A stretch of 64,000 nt of DNA from assembly GCA_910578245.1 (NCBI GenBank), contig CAJTPC010000001.1:27603-91602 (forward strand), read 5' to 3'. Both the position numbers and the translations under genes were made by a program. The DNA comes from an uncultured Christensenella sp. (GTDB lineage Bacteria; Bacillota; Clostridia; Christensenellales; UBA3700). This document shows positions 18,114 through 28,468 of this stretch, in pieces (the stretch's first letter is position 1; each line of letters starts with the position of its first letter). The notes under the pieces are model-generated. The model was given only the letters and a program-made list of their open reading frames with translations. It did no database searches and was not told the DNA's origin.

Positions 18114-20636
18114 ATGAAAATCACACTTAACGGACAATGGTCGCTACAAATGATTGGCGACGAAAAAATTTACAAAGCCACGGTACCCGGCGACGTCTTT
18201 TCCGACTTAATAGCAAACGACGCAGTAGCCAATCCGCTAATAGGGCTTAATGAAGAAAGCGTTCAGTGGGTGGGACGCTCGGACTGGGAATACTCAAGAA
18301 CTTTTACCATTGACGAACAATCTCTGAATTTCCAATACGTAGAACTGAATTGCAATATGTTAGACACTCTGGCGGACGTATACGTCAACAACATTCTTGT
18401 AGCAAACGTAAAGAATATCAATAGGCATTATGCATTCGACGTAAAAAATATTCTCAAGGCGGGAGATAATTCAATAAAAATACGCTTTTTCTCTCCTATT
18501 CCTTATATAGCTCAAAAGCACAAAAACAATCCTCTACCCAATTCTACGCTTGGAGAAGCGGGATCTTGTCATATAAGAAAAAGTCCTTATCATTTCGGTT
18601 GGGATTGGGGTCCGCATTTGCTTACGTGCGGAATATCGGGAGATATTTTCATAAATTGCTACGACGTATGCAAAATCACTCGACTTGATATAAAGCAAAC
18701 TCACGCTCTTAACTGCGTGGATTTAGATATTAAGACTCACTTATCCAACCAAGCGGAAGGGGTGACCGTCGACTATTCCCTCTCCTTTGAGGGGCAAGAA
18801 GTTTGCTCAATATCAGGAGAGTGTAACGCCAACCTAAAGGTGGAAAATCCTCGCCTTTGGTGGTGCAATAATATGGGCAAACAACCGCTGTACGACCTCG
18901 ACGTCAAGGTGTGTCAAGGAGATAAAGTCATTGCGCAAAAGTCGCAAAAAATAGGTCTTAGAACTATATCTCTAGACAAAGAACAAGACGAGATAGGTCG
19001 CAATTTTTGCTTTTATATCAACGGCAAAAAGCTATTCGCAAGGGGCGCGAATTGGATACCCGCCGACAGCTTTATCAACAACGTAAGCGATGAAAAACTC
19101 TACGACCTTCTCTATAAGGCGAAGGCGTGCAATATGAATATGATAAGAGTCTGGGGTGGCGGATATTACGAAAGCGACAGATTTTACGATATGTGCGACC
19201 GACTCGGACTGCTTGTATGGCAAGACTTCAACTTTGCCTGCTCCCCGTATCCATTCGACGATAAAGAATTTTTAGACGAAGTACTTGCGGAAGTCGAAGA
19301 CAACGTAATCAGACTTAAAAATCATGCTTGTCTGTGTCTTTGGGCGGGAAACAACGAAATCGAATCAATGTCTATGGCTTGGCTCCATAGGAAAAAAGTA
19401 ATTAAAAACTGCGGAGAATTTTTCTATAAAACTCTCCCGGAATTTCTTGCTCCGCTTGACGATAATACGCCGTATTGGGCTTGCACTCCCTCTAGCGGAG
19501 AATATATGAAAAATATTAACAGTCCGGACAAAGGCGACACTCACCTTTGGCACGTGTGGCACGGTCTTAGAAAACTGGATTATTATAAGACGATGCCCAC
19601 AAGATTTTGCAGTGAATTCGGCATTGAATCACTGCCCTCTCTCAACGCTATAGAAGAATTTGCCGACGGCAACGAATACTCAAGTCAGCATTGCGCCCTT
19701 GCGAAAGCGCATCAAAAATGTATAGGCGGAAACGGCAAGATAAAGTACTATATGCTCTCAAAATTCTGGACGCCTAGAAACTTCGAAGATACGGTATATC
19801 TATCGCAACTTACTCAGGCGCTGTGCGTAAAAAACGCAACGGAAGGCTGGAGAATAAATCCTCGCTGTAACGGCGCGCTGTATTGGCAATACAACGACTG
19901 CTGGGGCGTCAACTCATGGTCGGGCATGGACTATTACGGTAATATGAAGGCATTGCAATATCTCGCGAGAAGATTCAATCAAAATACTCTGCTGGTATTC
20001 CAAAGACAGAAAGCGACAGTAAAACTGCTTTTCGTCAACGACTGCGCATCGCAACTCAAAATAAAAATAAAATGCGGGGTTATGACTTACAATGGCGAAA
20101 CGCTAAACGATGTGGTCAACAACGTAACTGTAAATGAAAACAGCGTAGGCAACGTGGCGATACTCAACTTGAAAAACATATTGCAAAAACGCAAGGAAAA
20201 TACTTGTTATTTATACGCCTTGGCGTATGATGAAAAAGGAAACGCGTTATGTCAAGAAACTCTTCCTCTAACTGACGAAAATACGGTAAAACTACCAAAA
20301 GCTATTTTATCTTACGACTTATCGCTCGACAACGATACTGTCAAATTGGATATAAAATCTAGCGAATACGCTCGATTTGTAGAGATAAGATTGAAAGGCT
20401 ACTCAACTATGCTCTCCGATAACTATTTCGATATGTTGCCGAATCAAACGAAATCAGTATGCTTTAAGTTGCCAAAGGGCGAAGACTTAGAGAGCATTAA
20501 ACAAAGAATTACTATGCGATCACTTTGCGACGTGGAAAGAAAACGTTCCGCCGTCCAAGATAGGCTGGAAAAGGCGATTATCTTTTGGAATCCAATCAAT
20601 CTTGCAAATTATATTGCAAGAACCTTTGACAAATAA
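18114..20636 (+). CDS. beta-mannosidase (GH2)
   Basis: 840 aa. Acid/base region WAGNNE, nucleophile region CSEFGIES, and N-terminal WVGRSDWEYSRTF are typical of GH2 beta-mannosidases. No signal peptide. Confidence 0.85.
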   Translation: MKITLNGQWSLQMIGDEKIYKATVPGDVFSDLIANDAVANPLIGLNEESVQWVGRSDWEYSRTFTIDEQSLNFQYVELNCNMLDTLADVYVNNILVANVKNINRHYAFDVKNILKAGDNSIKIRFFSPIPYIAQKHKNNPLPNSTLGEAGSCHIRKSPYHFGWDWGPHLLTCGISGDIFINCYDVCKITRLDIKQTHALNCVDLDIKTHLSNQAEGVTVDYSLSFEGQEVCSISGECNANLKVENPRLWWCNNMGKQPLYDLDVKVCQGDKVIAQKSQKIGLRTISLDKEQDEIGRNFCFYINGKKLFARGANWIPADSFINNVSDEKLYDLLYKAKACNMNMIRVWGGGYYESDRFYDMCDRLGLLVWQDFNFACSPYPFDDKEFLDEVLAEVEDNVIRLKNHACLCLWAGNNEIESMSMAWLHRKKVIKNCGEFFYKTLPEFLAPLDDNTPYWACTPSSGEYMKNINSPDKGDTHLWHVWHGLRKLDYYKTMPTRFCSEFGIESLPSLNAIEEFADGNEYSSQHCALAKAHQKCIGGNGKIKYYMLSKFWTPRNFEDTVYLSQLTQALCVKNATEGWRINPRCNGALYWQYNDCWGVNSWSGMDYYGNMKALQYLARRFNQNTLLVFQRQKATVKLLFVNDCASQLKIKIKCGVMTYNGETLNDVVNNVTVNENSVGNVAILNLKNILQKRKENTCYLYALAYDEKGNALCQETLPLTDENTVKLPKAILSYDLSLDNDTVKLDIKSSEYARFVEIRLKGYSTMLSDNYFDMLPNQTKSVCFKLPKGEDLESIKQRITMRSLCDVERKRSAVQDRLEKAIIFWNPINLANYIARTFDK

Positions 20637-20748
20637 AATTAATGCTTTAGTTAAATTATTATCAATAAGGCGTATCGGTCGATACGTCTTATTTAATTGA
20701 TATTCAAATTAAACGTATAAATTTTTGCAATAATGCAATAACTTAAGT

Positions 20749-22227
20749 ATGCTAAATTATCAAGACGAATTCAACAAAATAACCAACGAGTTTGGCGGAA
20801 CGTGCGACTTGAGAAAAATCGAGTTGACAATATGCGGGAAAAGCGCTTGTTTCTTCTATATCGATGGGTATATCGATACTCTGCTCTTTGAGGACAACAT
20901 ACTTTCTCCGCTAAAGAACTTACAAGGCGACGGACAAGTTACTGTAGACCTACTCAATCAAAATACTCAGATGACTACGCCCATTGAGGAACTGACGGAT
21001 ACGGCTAAGGTCATTGAATATATTTCAGCAGGTGAAATTGTATTGCTTGCGGACGGCTCTGAGAGTTTCTTTAAGTATAGCGAAAAGAAGTATCAATTGC
21101 GCTCGGTAGCCGAACCGCCCGTATCTACGGTCTTGAGAGGACCGCGCGAGGGCTTTATTGAGGACTTGAAAACAAATATGTTTTTGATCCGCCGTAGACT
21201 TGCCACTCCCAAACTGACTTTTGAGCTGCTAAACGTGGGCAAATATACGCAAACAAAAGTCGCAATCGGCTTTATTGACGGCGTAGCCGATCAGCAGATT
21301 GTCAATAGGATTAAGACGCAAATCAAAAATATTGTAATTGACGGCGTGATTGAATCATCGTATATCGCAAGATATTTGGAGGAAAACAAGTTCTCCCTAT
21401 TTTCCCACGTAGGTTCAAGCGAAAAACCCGATACCGTTACGGCAAAAATGCTTGAAGGCAGAGTGGCTATTTTAGTAGACGGTTCGCCGTCGGTACTCAC
21501 ACTGCCATTCCTCATGTATGAAAACTTCCAGATGAGCGAAGATTATTATATCAAGAGCTATCGCGCCACAATGGTGCGAATCATAAGACTTTTCGCCTTG
21601 ATTTTCTCCATACTGATGCCCGGCATTTACGTAGCCCTGCAAGAACATCAATACCAGCTCTTCCCTATTAAATATCTTGTGTCAGTGCTTGGAAAAATCT
21701 CTAATATTCCGCTTTCTCCAACGCTTGAAATGCTTTTGGTGCTGGTGATATTCGAAATTCTCAACGAAACGTCTATACGTATGCCGAGATACGTAAGTAT
21801 GGCGCTGTCGGTAGTGGGCGCAATCATTCTCGGAGAAGCGGCGGTAACGGCGGGACTGTTCTCCATATCGTCGGTAATAATAGTAGCAATATCCACGGTA
21901 GGCGTATACTGCGTACCGGACGAAATAAACTCGTCAAGTATTTTGCGATTCGGCTTTGTCGCAGTGGGCGGCGTGCTTGGATTATTAGGTATATTGCTGG
22001 GTATGGCGGGACTTGTAGCATATATCTGCTCAATCAACAGCTACGGAGTGGCGTATACTTCTCCATTCGCGCCATCGCTTATGCACGACTGGCAAGACGG
22101 ACCTATCAAGGCGCAATTGCAGGAATTCGGCGAACGCCCATACTCCATTCCTACCGACAACCGCACTCGCCAACGTACGCAAATAGCCGAAAACGACGGA
22201 CAAGAAAACAATGAGGCAAACGAATAG
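20749..22227 (+). CDS. spore germinant receptor subunit A (GerA/GerAA family)
   Basis: LRGPREGFIEDLKTNMFLIRRRL plus a C-terminal polytopic membrane domain. Confidence 0.85.
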   Translation: MLNYQDEFNKITNEFGGTCDLRKIELTICGKSACFFYIDGYIDTLLFEDNILSPLKNLQGDGQVTVDLLNQNTQMTTPIEELTDTAKVIEYISAGEIVLLADGSESFFKYSEKKYQLRSVAEPPVSTVLRGPREGFIEDLKTNMFLIRRRLATPKLTFELLNVGKYTQTKVAIGFIDGVADQQIVNRIKTQIKNIVIDGVIESSYIARYLEENKFSLFSHVGSSEKPDTVTAKMLEGRVAILVDGSPSVLTLPFLMYENFQMSEDYYIKSYRATMVRIIRLFALIFSILMPGIYVALQEHQYQLFPIKYLVSVLGKISNIPLSPTLEMLLVLVIFEILNETSIRMPRYVSMALSVVGAIILGEAAVTAGLFSISSVIIVAISTVGVYCVPDEINSSSILRFGFVAVGGVLGLLGILLGMAGLVAYICSINSYGVAYTSPFAPSLMHDWQDGPIKAQLQEFGERPYSIPTDNRTRQRTQIAENDGQENNEANE

Positions 22228-22234
22228 GTGACAT

Positions 22235-23383
22235 ATGGAAAATAATCAAAAAAACAAAATTTATGAAGAGCAGTTCCTATTGCTCGCATTCATATCCGTA
22301 GTCACATTCAAAATAGTTATGCTACCTCAATATTTAATATCTTCGGTGGCTAACAATAGCTATATAGTAATGGCCTTTATGGTAGCAATCGAGATAATGA
22401 TGCTTACCGTGGTATACGGCGTTGTTAAAAACGGTTCGATACTTGAGCAAGATCTCCCCAAATGGCTCAAAGCCGTATTTGCAATTTTAATACTTGTTTC
22501 CTCCGTAATAAAAAGCACCGCGCGCGGCAGCGAAGGTATAGCGTATATCGCAACTTCGCTCTACGCAAACGTAAGTTGGGTCTATATCACGTTGGCATTG
22601 ATTATGGTGGGAATATATATTGCGCAAAGAGGCGCAAAAGTACTTGCAAGATCCGCTCAGATATTCTTTTGGATAATTGCGTCTGCCTGCGTGTTTTTCA
22701 TCGTATTTTCCAATATCAAACTCGACCCGCTCGACCTTATGCCATTCAAAATCTCCGGCGAATTGGCTGTCGCATGCGATAAATATCTGATGTGGTTCGG
22801 CGACTTTACCCCACTGCTTTTAGTAACGGTAACACCGTCTAAAAATCACGGCAAAAAAAGATTGGCTATATGGACCGCGTTGGCGATACTCGGCGCATTC
22901 TTACTCACCGTGGGCGTAATGATATTGTTTATCTGCACTTTTGGAGAAGCAGGCGAATTGGTCGGCAACGCTTTCCTTAGCGTTTCGTCACTCAATAAAA
23001 TTTTCTTCATGATAGGCTCTGCAGACTTGCCGACAGTGCTTAGCTGGCTAGTAATGTATATTATCAAGTTCTCTTTGCTTATATACGCGACGTCCACGTG
23101 CGCCAAGTTCTTTTTCGGCGATAAGTATATTTTATCAATTATAAGCGGCGTGATAATATATTGCATAATTTGCTTTGGCATAGGCAATCTCAATACCAAC
23201 TACAGGCTTGACGTGAGCTGGTTGAGATACGTTGCTTTTTTTATAGAATTTATAGTTACGATTTCGGCATATATAGCTATGCGCGTATGTCAAAGTAAAA
23301 AAGAAAAACAACAAAATAACGCGCCTGAAAATATGACGCAACAAAAAGCAAATCAAACCGACGAGTTGCAAGGAGAGATATGA
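22235..23383 (+). CDS. spore germinant receptor subunit B (GerAB, APC-superfamily-like)
   Basis: 382 aa, about 10 TM segments, positioned between the A and C subunits. Confidence 0.75.
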   Translation: MENNQKNKIYEEQFLLLAFISVVTFKIVMLPQYLISSVANNSYIVMAFMVAIEIMMLTVVYGVVKNGSILEQDLPKWLKAVFAILILVSSVIKSTARGSEGIAYIATSLYANVSWVYITLALIMVGIYIAQRGAKVLARSAQIFFWIIASACVFFIVFSNIKLDPLDLMPFKISGELAVACDKYLMWFGDFTPLLLVTVTPSKNHGKKRLAIWTALAILGAFLLTVGVMILFICTFGEAGELVGNAFLSVSSLNKIFFMIGSADLPTVLSWLVMYIIKFSLLIYATSTCAKFFFGDKYILSIISGVIIYCIICFGIGNLNTNYRLDVSWLRYVAFFIEFIVTISAYIAMRVCQSKKEKQQNNAPENMTQQKANQTDELQGEI

Positions 23384-24438
23384 AAAAATTTAAGTTAGTT
23401 GACAAAAAATGGTTGGTAATAGCTCTTATCATTGTTGTTTTGGTAGTATTCTCTGTGCTTGAAGAACAAAAAAGCGTAAGCACGAGAGCAATAGTGCTGG
23501 CTATATCTCTAGATTTGAAAGACAATGAATACGAAATGGGAATACAGGTACTCAAAACCGACGGACAACAAGACAAACAGGAATTCATTACGTATTCTAC
23601 TACGGGAGAGCAACTGACGGAAGTAATATCTAAGCTCTCGCAAGATACCGGTCAAACGGTATCGCTGTGCCATACTATGGTGCTTATTCTTGGGCAAGAC
23701 CTGCTGACGAAAGATAATGATAAAGCCATTAGATTCTTTGTGGAACACGAAGAACTTTGCAACAATACTATGATTGTGGCGAGCAAAGGTTCCCCATTGG
23801 AAGTACTCTCCGCTAAACTCTCCAACGGACAGGGAGGAGGTTATTATATCGGCGGTATGTTGCGTAATATAGTAACCGATTTGGGAGTGGTCCCGATTAT
23901 AGTAAAAGACTATATCAAAAATAGATACCGCATAGGCGGTAGCGTATATATGCCCTGCGTAAGCATCGAAAAAAGCGGAGAAACAACTTATATAAGCGCT
24001 AAAGAGAGTTTTGTCACAGACGGGCATAATTACGTCATTCTGTCAGAAACCGCAACAAAGGGGCTAAGCCTCACTCTTAATAAACTCAAGAGCGGACAAC
24101 TTGCCTATAGCTACGACAGTAAAATGGGTCAAGTGGATATAGTAAAATCCAGCTCTGATATTAAAGCGCAAAAAGATACGGCAACCGTCAAAATAAAAGC
24201 TCAGCTCAACGACAGAGCGTACGTACCTGAAAATATCGATGAAAAAAGAAGCGTGGAAATATTGCAAAAAAATATTACAAGTTATGTCGAAGAATGTTTT
24301 GCGACATGTCAAGAACAAGGTATTGACGTGTTCTTCCTCGGACAGAGAGTGTACGCGCAAGGCAAGGACTTCTATATTCAAAGCGACTTTCTTGAGAACA
24401 TGCAGTTGAAAGTCGAGGTTGACATCACTATGAAGTGA
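23380..24438 (+). CDS. spore germinant receptor subunit C (Ger(x)C family)
   Basis: Size and position fit, with a 4-nt overlap with the B subunit. RAIVLAISLD after the N-terminal hydrophobic segment is typical of GerxC. The signal region has no lipobox cysteine. Confidence 0.7.
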   Translation: MKKFKLVDKKWLVIALIIVVLVVFSVLEEQKSVSTRAIVLAISLDLKDNEYEMGIQVLKTDGQQDKQEFITYSTTGEQLTEVISKLSQDTGQTVSLCHTMVLILGQDLLTKDNDKAIRFFVEHEELCNNTMIVASKGSPLEVLSAKLSNGQGGGYYIGGMLRNIVTDLGVVPIIVKDYIKNRYRIGGSVYMPCVSIEKSGETTYISAKESFVTDGHNYVILSETATKGLSLTLNKLKSGQLAYSYDSKMGQVDIVKSSSDIKAQKDTATVKIKAQLNDRAYVPENIDEKRSVEILQKNITSYVEECFATCQEQGIDVFFLGQRVYAQGKDFYIQSDFLENMQLKVEVDITMK

Positions 24439-24447
24439 CGTATAAAA

Positions 24448-25410
24448 TTACTGACGAACAATCTCCATAAGATATTTCTTAGCCTCGACATACATTGCTT
24501 TCGACTCAGACATCTTGTAAAATAAGTGGAAACAATGCAAACCGGGGAAAGTACCGCAATACGTGACGTAAGATTTTTTAAGTTCGTCAAGTCTTTTTAA
24601 CAAAGCTAGATGATGTTTGCCGACGAATACGTCGTTTTTGCCATAGGAAATAAAGACTTTTTTAGGAAAATCTTCGTCAACCCAAGGTATCGTATAAAGC
24701 ATATCTTTGTATTCGTATTCGTCTATAAGGTCTACTTCTTTGCCCGTCATATCCTTGATTATATCATTTGCCATAGGGTTCTTCAGAAGATCGTCAAAAT
24801 CGTAAGCTCCGCAGTTGAGAAGCGCGCCTTTGATACGGAAATTAATGGGTTCTACTCCCAATTTCGCAAGAAAGTCTTTATTATGAAGCGTTGCGCATAC
24901 TTGACAGGCAATTTGTCCGCCTGCCGAATCCCCCATAACGAATACGTTGTCAAGATCAAGTTTGTACTCTTCGGCGTTATCTTCCAACCAACGTAGCGCT
25001 AAGAATATGTGCCTTAATGACTGGTGATATTTATATGCGGGACTTAGACCGTAATTGACGTTGATTACACAAGTACCCATATCTGCGAAAATTTTGCCTT
25101 GAGCGACGCGCCAACGCTTATCGCCTGTGACCCAACCGCCTCCGTGAACGTTGATTATTACAGGCAATTTAACGTCAACTACAAGCTCCGGCTTAAATAA
25201 ATCAAGATTGCAAATCTCCCCCTCTTCGGGACAGTATACTATATCTGTCATTACATAAATTTTGTTGCTGCTCTTATAGTTGTTGGTAACAAAACCTTTA
25301 ACGTTGTCGTCTATGTCAAATATGAGCTTAGCAAGTTTTGACGTGCTAATCTTTATCAGCCTTTTCTTTTTCTTGGCTTCATTATTCTTCATTTTTTCAT
25401 CTTTTGACAT
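24448..25410 (-). CDS. alpha/beta-hydrolase fold-3 esterase/deacetylase
   Basis: HGGGW oxyanion motif and GDSAGG nucleophile elbow. Lies immediately downstream of nagA (9-nt gap). Confidence 0.8.
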   Translation of the reverse strand: MSKDEKMKNNEAKKKKRLIKISTSKLAKLIFDIDDNVKGFVTNNYKSSNKIYVMTDIVYCPEEGEICNLDLFKPELVVDVKLPVIINVHGGGWVTGDKRWRVAQGKIFADMGTCVINVNYGLSPAYKYHQSLRHIFLALRWLEDNAEEYKLDLDNVFVMGDSAGGQIACQVCATLHNKDFLAKLGVEPINFRIKGALLNCGAYDFDDLLKNPMANDIIKDMTGKEVDLIDEYEYKDMLYTIPWVDEDFPKKVFISYGKNDVFVGKHHLALLKRLDELKKSYVTYCGTFPGLHCFHLFYKMSESKAMYVEAKKYLMEIVRQ

Positions 25411-25419
25411 CTTCCACCT

Positions 25420-26598
25420 CTACTCAACGTCAATGCTGTTCTTAAGCGCGTCTCTGTCTACCAAAACTCCGTCAATGACAGTAGCAAATATTGATAAATC
25501 GTCATTCAATATATTTATATCGCCTCTTTTGCCAACGGCTATATCTCCTATATCCTCTCTGCCCATCAACTTGGCGGGCGTCTTGGTACACATGTCTATA
25601 CAATCGTCAAGCGGTATGCCTATGCCGTATAGATTGGCTACCATTTTGCCAACGGGCGTCACAGAACCTGCGTATGTGTTTAACTCAGGTAAAATCGCTA
25701 CGCCATCGTCAATCCTTATCCTCTGGGCGCTTGCTCCGCTCCCAAGATAATAGTCCTTGCCCTCGTCCATGCCTGCTACGCTCAACGAATCGGATACCAG
25801 ACATATTCCTTTTGCGCCTTTGAGCTTGTATATCATTTTGAAAAGCGCATTCGGCACGTGTCTGTCATCGGCGATAACTTCAGCGACTATCCTCTCATCG
25901 GCAAGTCCTATTTCAGTCAAGCCCAAGTGCTTCTTCGGCGTACCGCGTCTTGACGGACGTGAAGTGCAGTTGTACATGTGCGTTACGCTGTCGGCTCCGC
26001 TTTCCACGCAAGCGTATATCTCATCGTCAATGCTGTCGTCATGTCCCATGGACACCTGTATGCCCTTAGCAGTAGCCTCGCGACAAAACTGCGGGGCTCC
26101 CTCGAGATTGGGAGCTAAAGTAACTCTTTTTACTAAATCGATATTTTTCCAGACAAAGGAAGAATCTTTGCTTGGCGGTATCAATAACTTCGGCGGATGA
26201 GCGCCTGCGCTCTTTTGCGCAAGATACGGTCCCTCTAAGTGAACGCCCAATATCCTTGAATACTTACTGCCGTATTTTCTTATATTATCAACGGCTTTGT
26301 CTATGTCTTCGGGGCTTGCCGTCATTGTCGTGGGAACAAAGGACGTTGTACCGGTATAAAGATGATAACGGCTAATTACGTCGATAGCTTCAGCGCTTGC
26401 TTCCATACAGTCTTTGCCCCAACCGCCGTGAGTGTGTATGTCTATATATCCTGCAACGCATAACTTGCCTTTTGCTTCAATGACTTCGCCTTCAACGGCT
26501 TCGCCTATCGAGGCGATTACGCCGTCTTTTATTACGATGCTTGCCGAAATAAACTTGCCTTGAGTATATACTTTTGCATTCCTTAGGGTTGTCGTCAT
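25420..26598 (-). CDS. nagA: N-acetylglucosamine-6-phosphate deacetylase
   Basis: DIHTHGG, HLEGPYL and the amidohydrolase pattern. 392 aa. Confidence 0.85.
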   Translation of the reverse strand: MTTTLRNAKVYTQGKFISASIVIKDGVIASIGEAVEGEVIEAKGKLCVAGYIDIHTHGGWGKDCMEASAEAIDVISRYHLYTGTTSFVPTTMTASPEDIDKAVDNIRKYGSKYSRILGVHLEGPYLAQKSAGAHPPKLLIPPSKDSSFVWKNIDLVKRVTLAPNLEGAPQFCREATAKGIQVSMGHDDSIDDEIYACVESGADSVTHMYNCTSRPSRRGTPKKHLGLTEIGLADERIVAEVIADDRHVPNALFKMIYKLKGAKGICLVSDSLSVAGMDEGKDYYLGSGASAQRIRIDDGVAILPELNTYAGSVTPVGKMVANLYGIGIPLDDCIDMCTKTPAKLMGREDIGDIAVGKRGDINILNDDLSIFATVIDGVLVDRDALKNSIDVE

Positions 26599-26678
26599 AA
26601 CTTAATTCTCCTTTCGTGAACGCAAATTCGGTTTCCCGCGCGTTCAGACGTGTTGCATTGGAGCGTTTTAATACTTTC

Positions 26679-26707
26679 ATTATAATATTATTTGCTTTTT
26701 GTGTCAA
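26679..26707 (-). promoter_or_regulatory. consensus sigma-A promoter of nagA
   Basis: The minus strand reads TTGACA-17 nt-TATAAT. It is followed by an ~80-nt leader containing the hairpin TGAACGC-16 nt-GCGTTCA just before the RBS. Confidence 0.65.
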
Positions 26708-26763
26708 TATTTTAATAAACCGATTAAGATTTAATAATTATTTAATAAAAAATAAATTCCCCC

Positions 26764-26792
26764 TTTACAAAACGTAAATCTTATAATATAAT
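26764..26792 (+). promoter_or_regulatory. sigma-A-type promoter of the lipoprotein gene
   Basis: TTTACA-17 nt-TATAAT. Confidence 0.55.
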
Positions 26793-26837
26793 AATATAGT
26801 ACAGTTAAACGGTACCAAAAAAATATGAGGTGGGATT

Positions 26838-28343
26838 ATGAGATTTTTCAAAACAAAAAAGTCCAAAGTCGTAATGACTTGCTTGGCTGTGATTTTAATC
26901 GCCAGCATTCTTTGCGTATCTTTGGCAGGCTGTAAGCAAATGTATGGCGAAACGCCTATCGGCGTTTACTTCTTGGGCGACTTCCAAAGTAACGTCGACG
27001 CCAATACGCTAAATGACATCACTGCGTCCGGCTCAACTATCGTCGGCGTTAAAGACGCGTTGGCAGAAGCCGGTATTGACATTAACGCTAATCCTGCTGC
27101 CGCCGCGGCAGCAATCTATGCCCTTGCCGTTACCAATTACAACAACATTACTCAATCGGGGTATTTAATCGTGACCGATGCAATGGTAAATGCAAGAAAG
27201 GTTTCTACCCTTGCAAATAAAGACGTATCGGTAGGAATCAGAAGCACTTACTCTTTTTTCCAAGGTAAGAAAGGCTCTTTCTCCCAAACGGTATCGGGCG
27301 TTACGCAATTGAACGGCGTTGGAAGCGTAGGCGATCAACTTAAAACCAATTTCGGTTACTGTGAACAAATTTACTCCGGCTCGACTTTCTATGCAAAGAG
27401 AGTGGGCTCTAACGGCGGAGCTCAATTCCCTACCGAGAACGATATAGGAACCGACGTATATAAATACATACTCGGCGCATACAACAAGTCTTTATCTAAG
27501 GTAGTAAAAGGTAACAAATTGGAAATTACTCCTGACAATAAAATAGTAAAAGACCCCGACCTTCCCGAATACGTGCAGACGGCGACCGAATATCCAAGCG
27601 ACTCTACTCTTAAAGGCGTAGCGCTTCCTGAATTTAACGAAAACAGATTGGCTTGGCAGCCGCTCAACAGAATCCCGTATAGATATTGGGAAAAAGATAA
27701 AAACGACAAGATTACGGGAAAAATAATCGAAGATTCGGCTGTAGTAGAAGGTACGAGATACAGCTACGGCAATTATGGCGCAGGTTTTGCTTTCTACGAT
27801 TTCTCAAGACCGCAATATCTTTCCGATGATACGAAAATAACTTATTCCGAAGCTCTTGACCTCTATACTATCGAAGTTAAGGTAAAAAGCGAATACGTAC
27901 AACAAGCGTGCGAATTCGCCGCCGGCGACCTTGTTAAATCCACTAAGGATTACATAAGCCTTAAGAACGCAAAATTCACCGAGCTTTCTTGTAAATACGA
28001 GGTGTACGGCAACGGACTTATCAAATCTATGCAAAAGAAAGACGTGCTTAACTCCGACGACAACTGTCCTTTGGTCGTTTTGCCGGGCAACTGCAAGAAT
28101 GGCGGAACTACTTCCAATACAGCTACTATTGCATTTAGCTACTCTGACAACGATACCGATGCAGAAAGATTGGTAGCTCTCTACTGGCCTGAACTTGGCA
28201 ATACTACGATATTCAAGAATAAAAGAGTGGATACGAATTTGAAGCTCGACCTTTCCGGATACACGACTTTTGATAAGTATGAACCGGTAATCAACACGAA
28301 TTTGGTGAACGCATTTACTAATCTATTTGCGACTAAAAAATAG
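26838..28343 (+). CDS. hypothetical surface lipoprotein
   Basis: Signal peptide with lipobox SLAGC. 501 aa with no recognisable catalytic motif. Confidence 0.6.
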   Translation: MRFFKTKKSKVVMTCLAVILIASILCVSLAGCKQMYGETPIGVYFLGDFQSNVDANTLNDITASGSTIVGVKDALAEAGIDINANPAAAAAAIYALAVTNYNNITQSGYLIVTDAMVNARKVSTLANKDVSVGIRSTYSFFQGKKGSFSQTVSGVTQLNGVGSVGDQLKTNFGYCEQIYSGSTFYAKRVGSNGGAQFPTENDIGTDVYKYILGAYNKSLSKVVKGNKLEITPDNKIVKDPDLPEYVQTATEYPSDSTLKGVALPEFNENRLAWQPLNRIPYRYWEKDKNDKITGKIIEDSAVVEGTRYSYGNYGAGFAFYDFSRPQYLSDDTKITYSEALDLYTIEVKVKSEYVQQACEFAAGDLVKSTKDYISLKNAKFTELSCKYEVYGNGLIKSMQKKDVLNSDDNCPLVVLPGNCKNGGTTSNTATIAFSYSDNDTDAERLVALYWPELGNTTIFKNKRVDTNLKLDLSGYTTFDKYEPVINTNLVNAFTNLFATKK

Positions 28344-28351
28344 ACGCGCAA

Positions 28352-28389
28352 GCAAAGAGTACACTCGCAAAAACGTGTGTACTCTTTGC
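28352..28389 (+). other. perfect 13-bp stem hairpin (no T-run)
   Basis: GCAAAGAGTACAC-12 nt-GTGTACTCTTTGC. Confidence 0.6.
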
Positions 28390-28400
28390 GAGATAAATAG

Positions 28401-28446
28401 AGATTTTACGTGGCAAAACTGCTCTTGCTCCGTAAAATCTTTATTT
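28401..28446 (+). terminator. intrinsic terminator-like hairpin
   Basis: AGATTTTACG-20 nt-CGTAAAATCT followed by TTATTT. Confidence 0.5.
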
Positions 28447-28468
28447 AAGCAATAGGAATTAAGAGAGT

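Noticed and set aside
20671-20748. Forespore (SigG/SigF-type) promoter upstream of the gerA operon
   Set aside because: A GTATA...CAATAAC arrangement only loosely resembles the remembered consensus in both spacing and -10. It is too weak to report as a feature.
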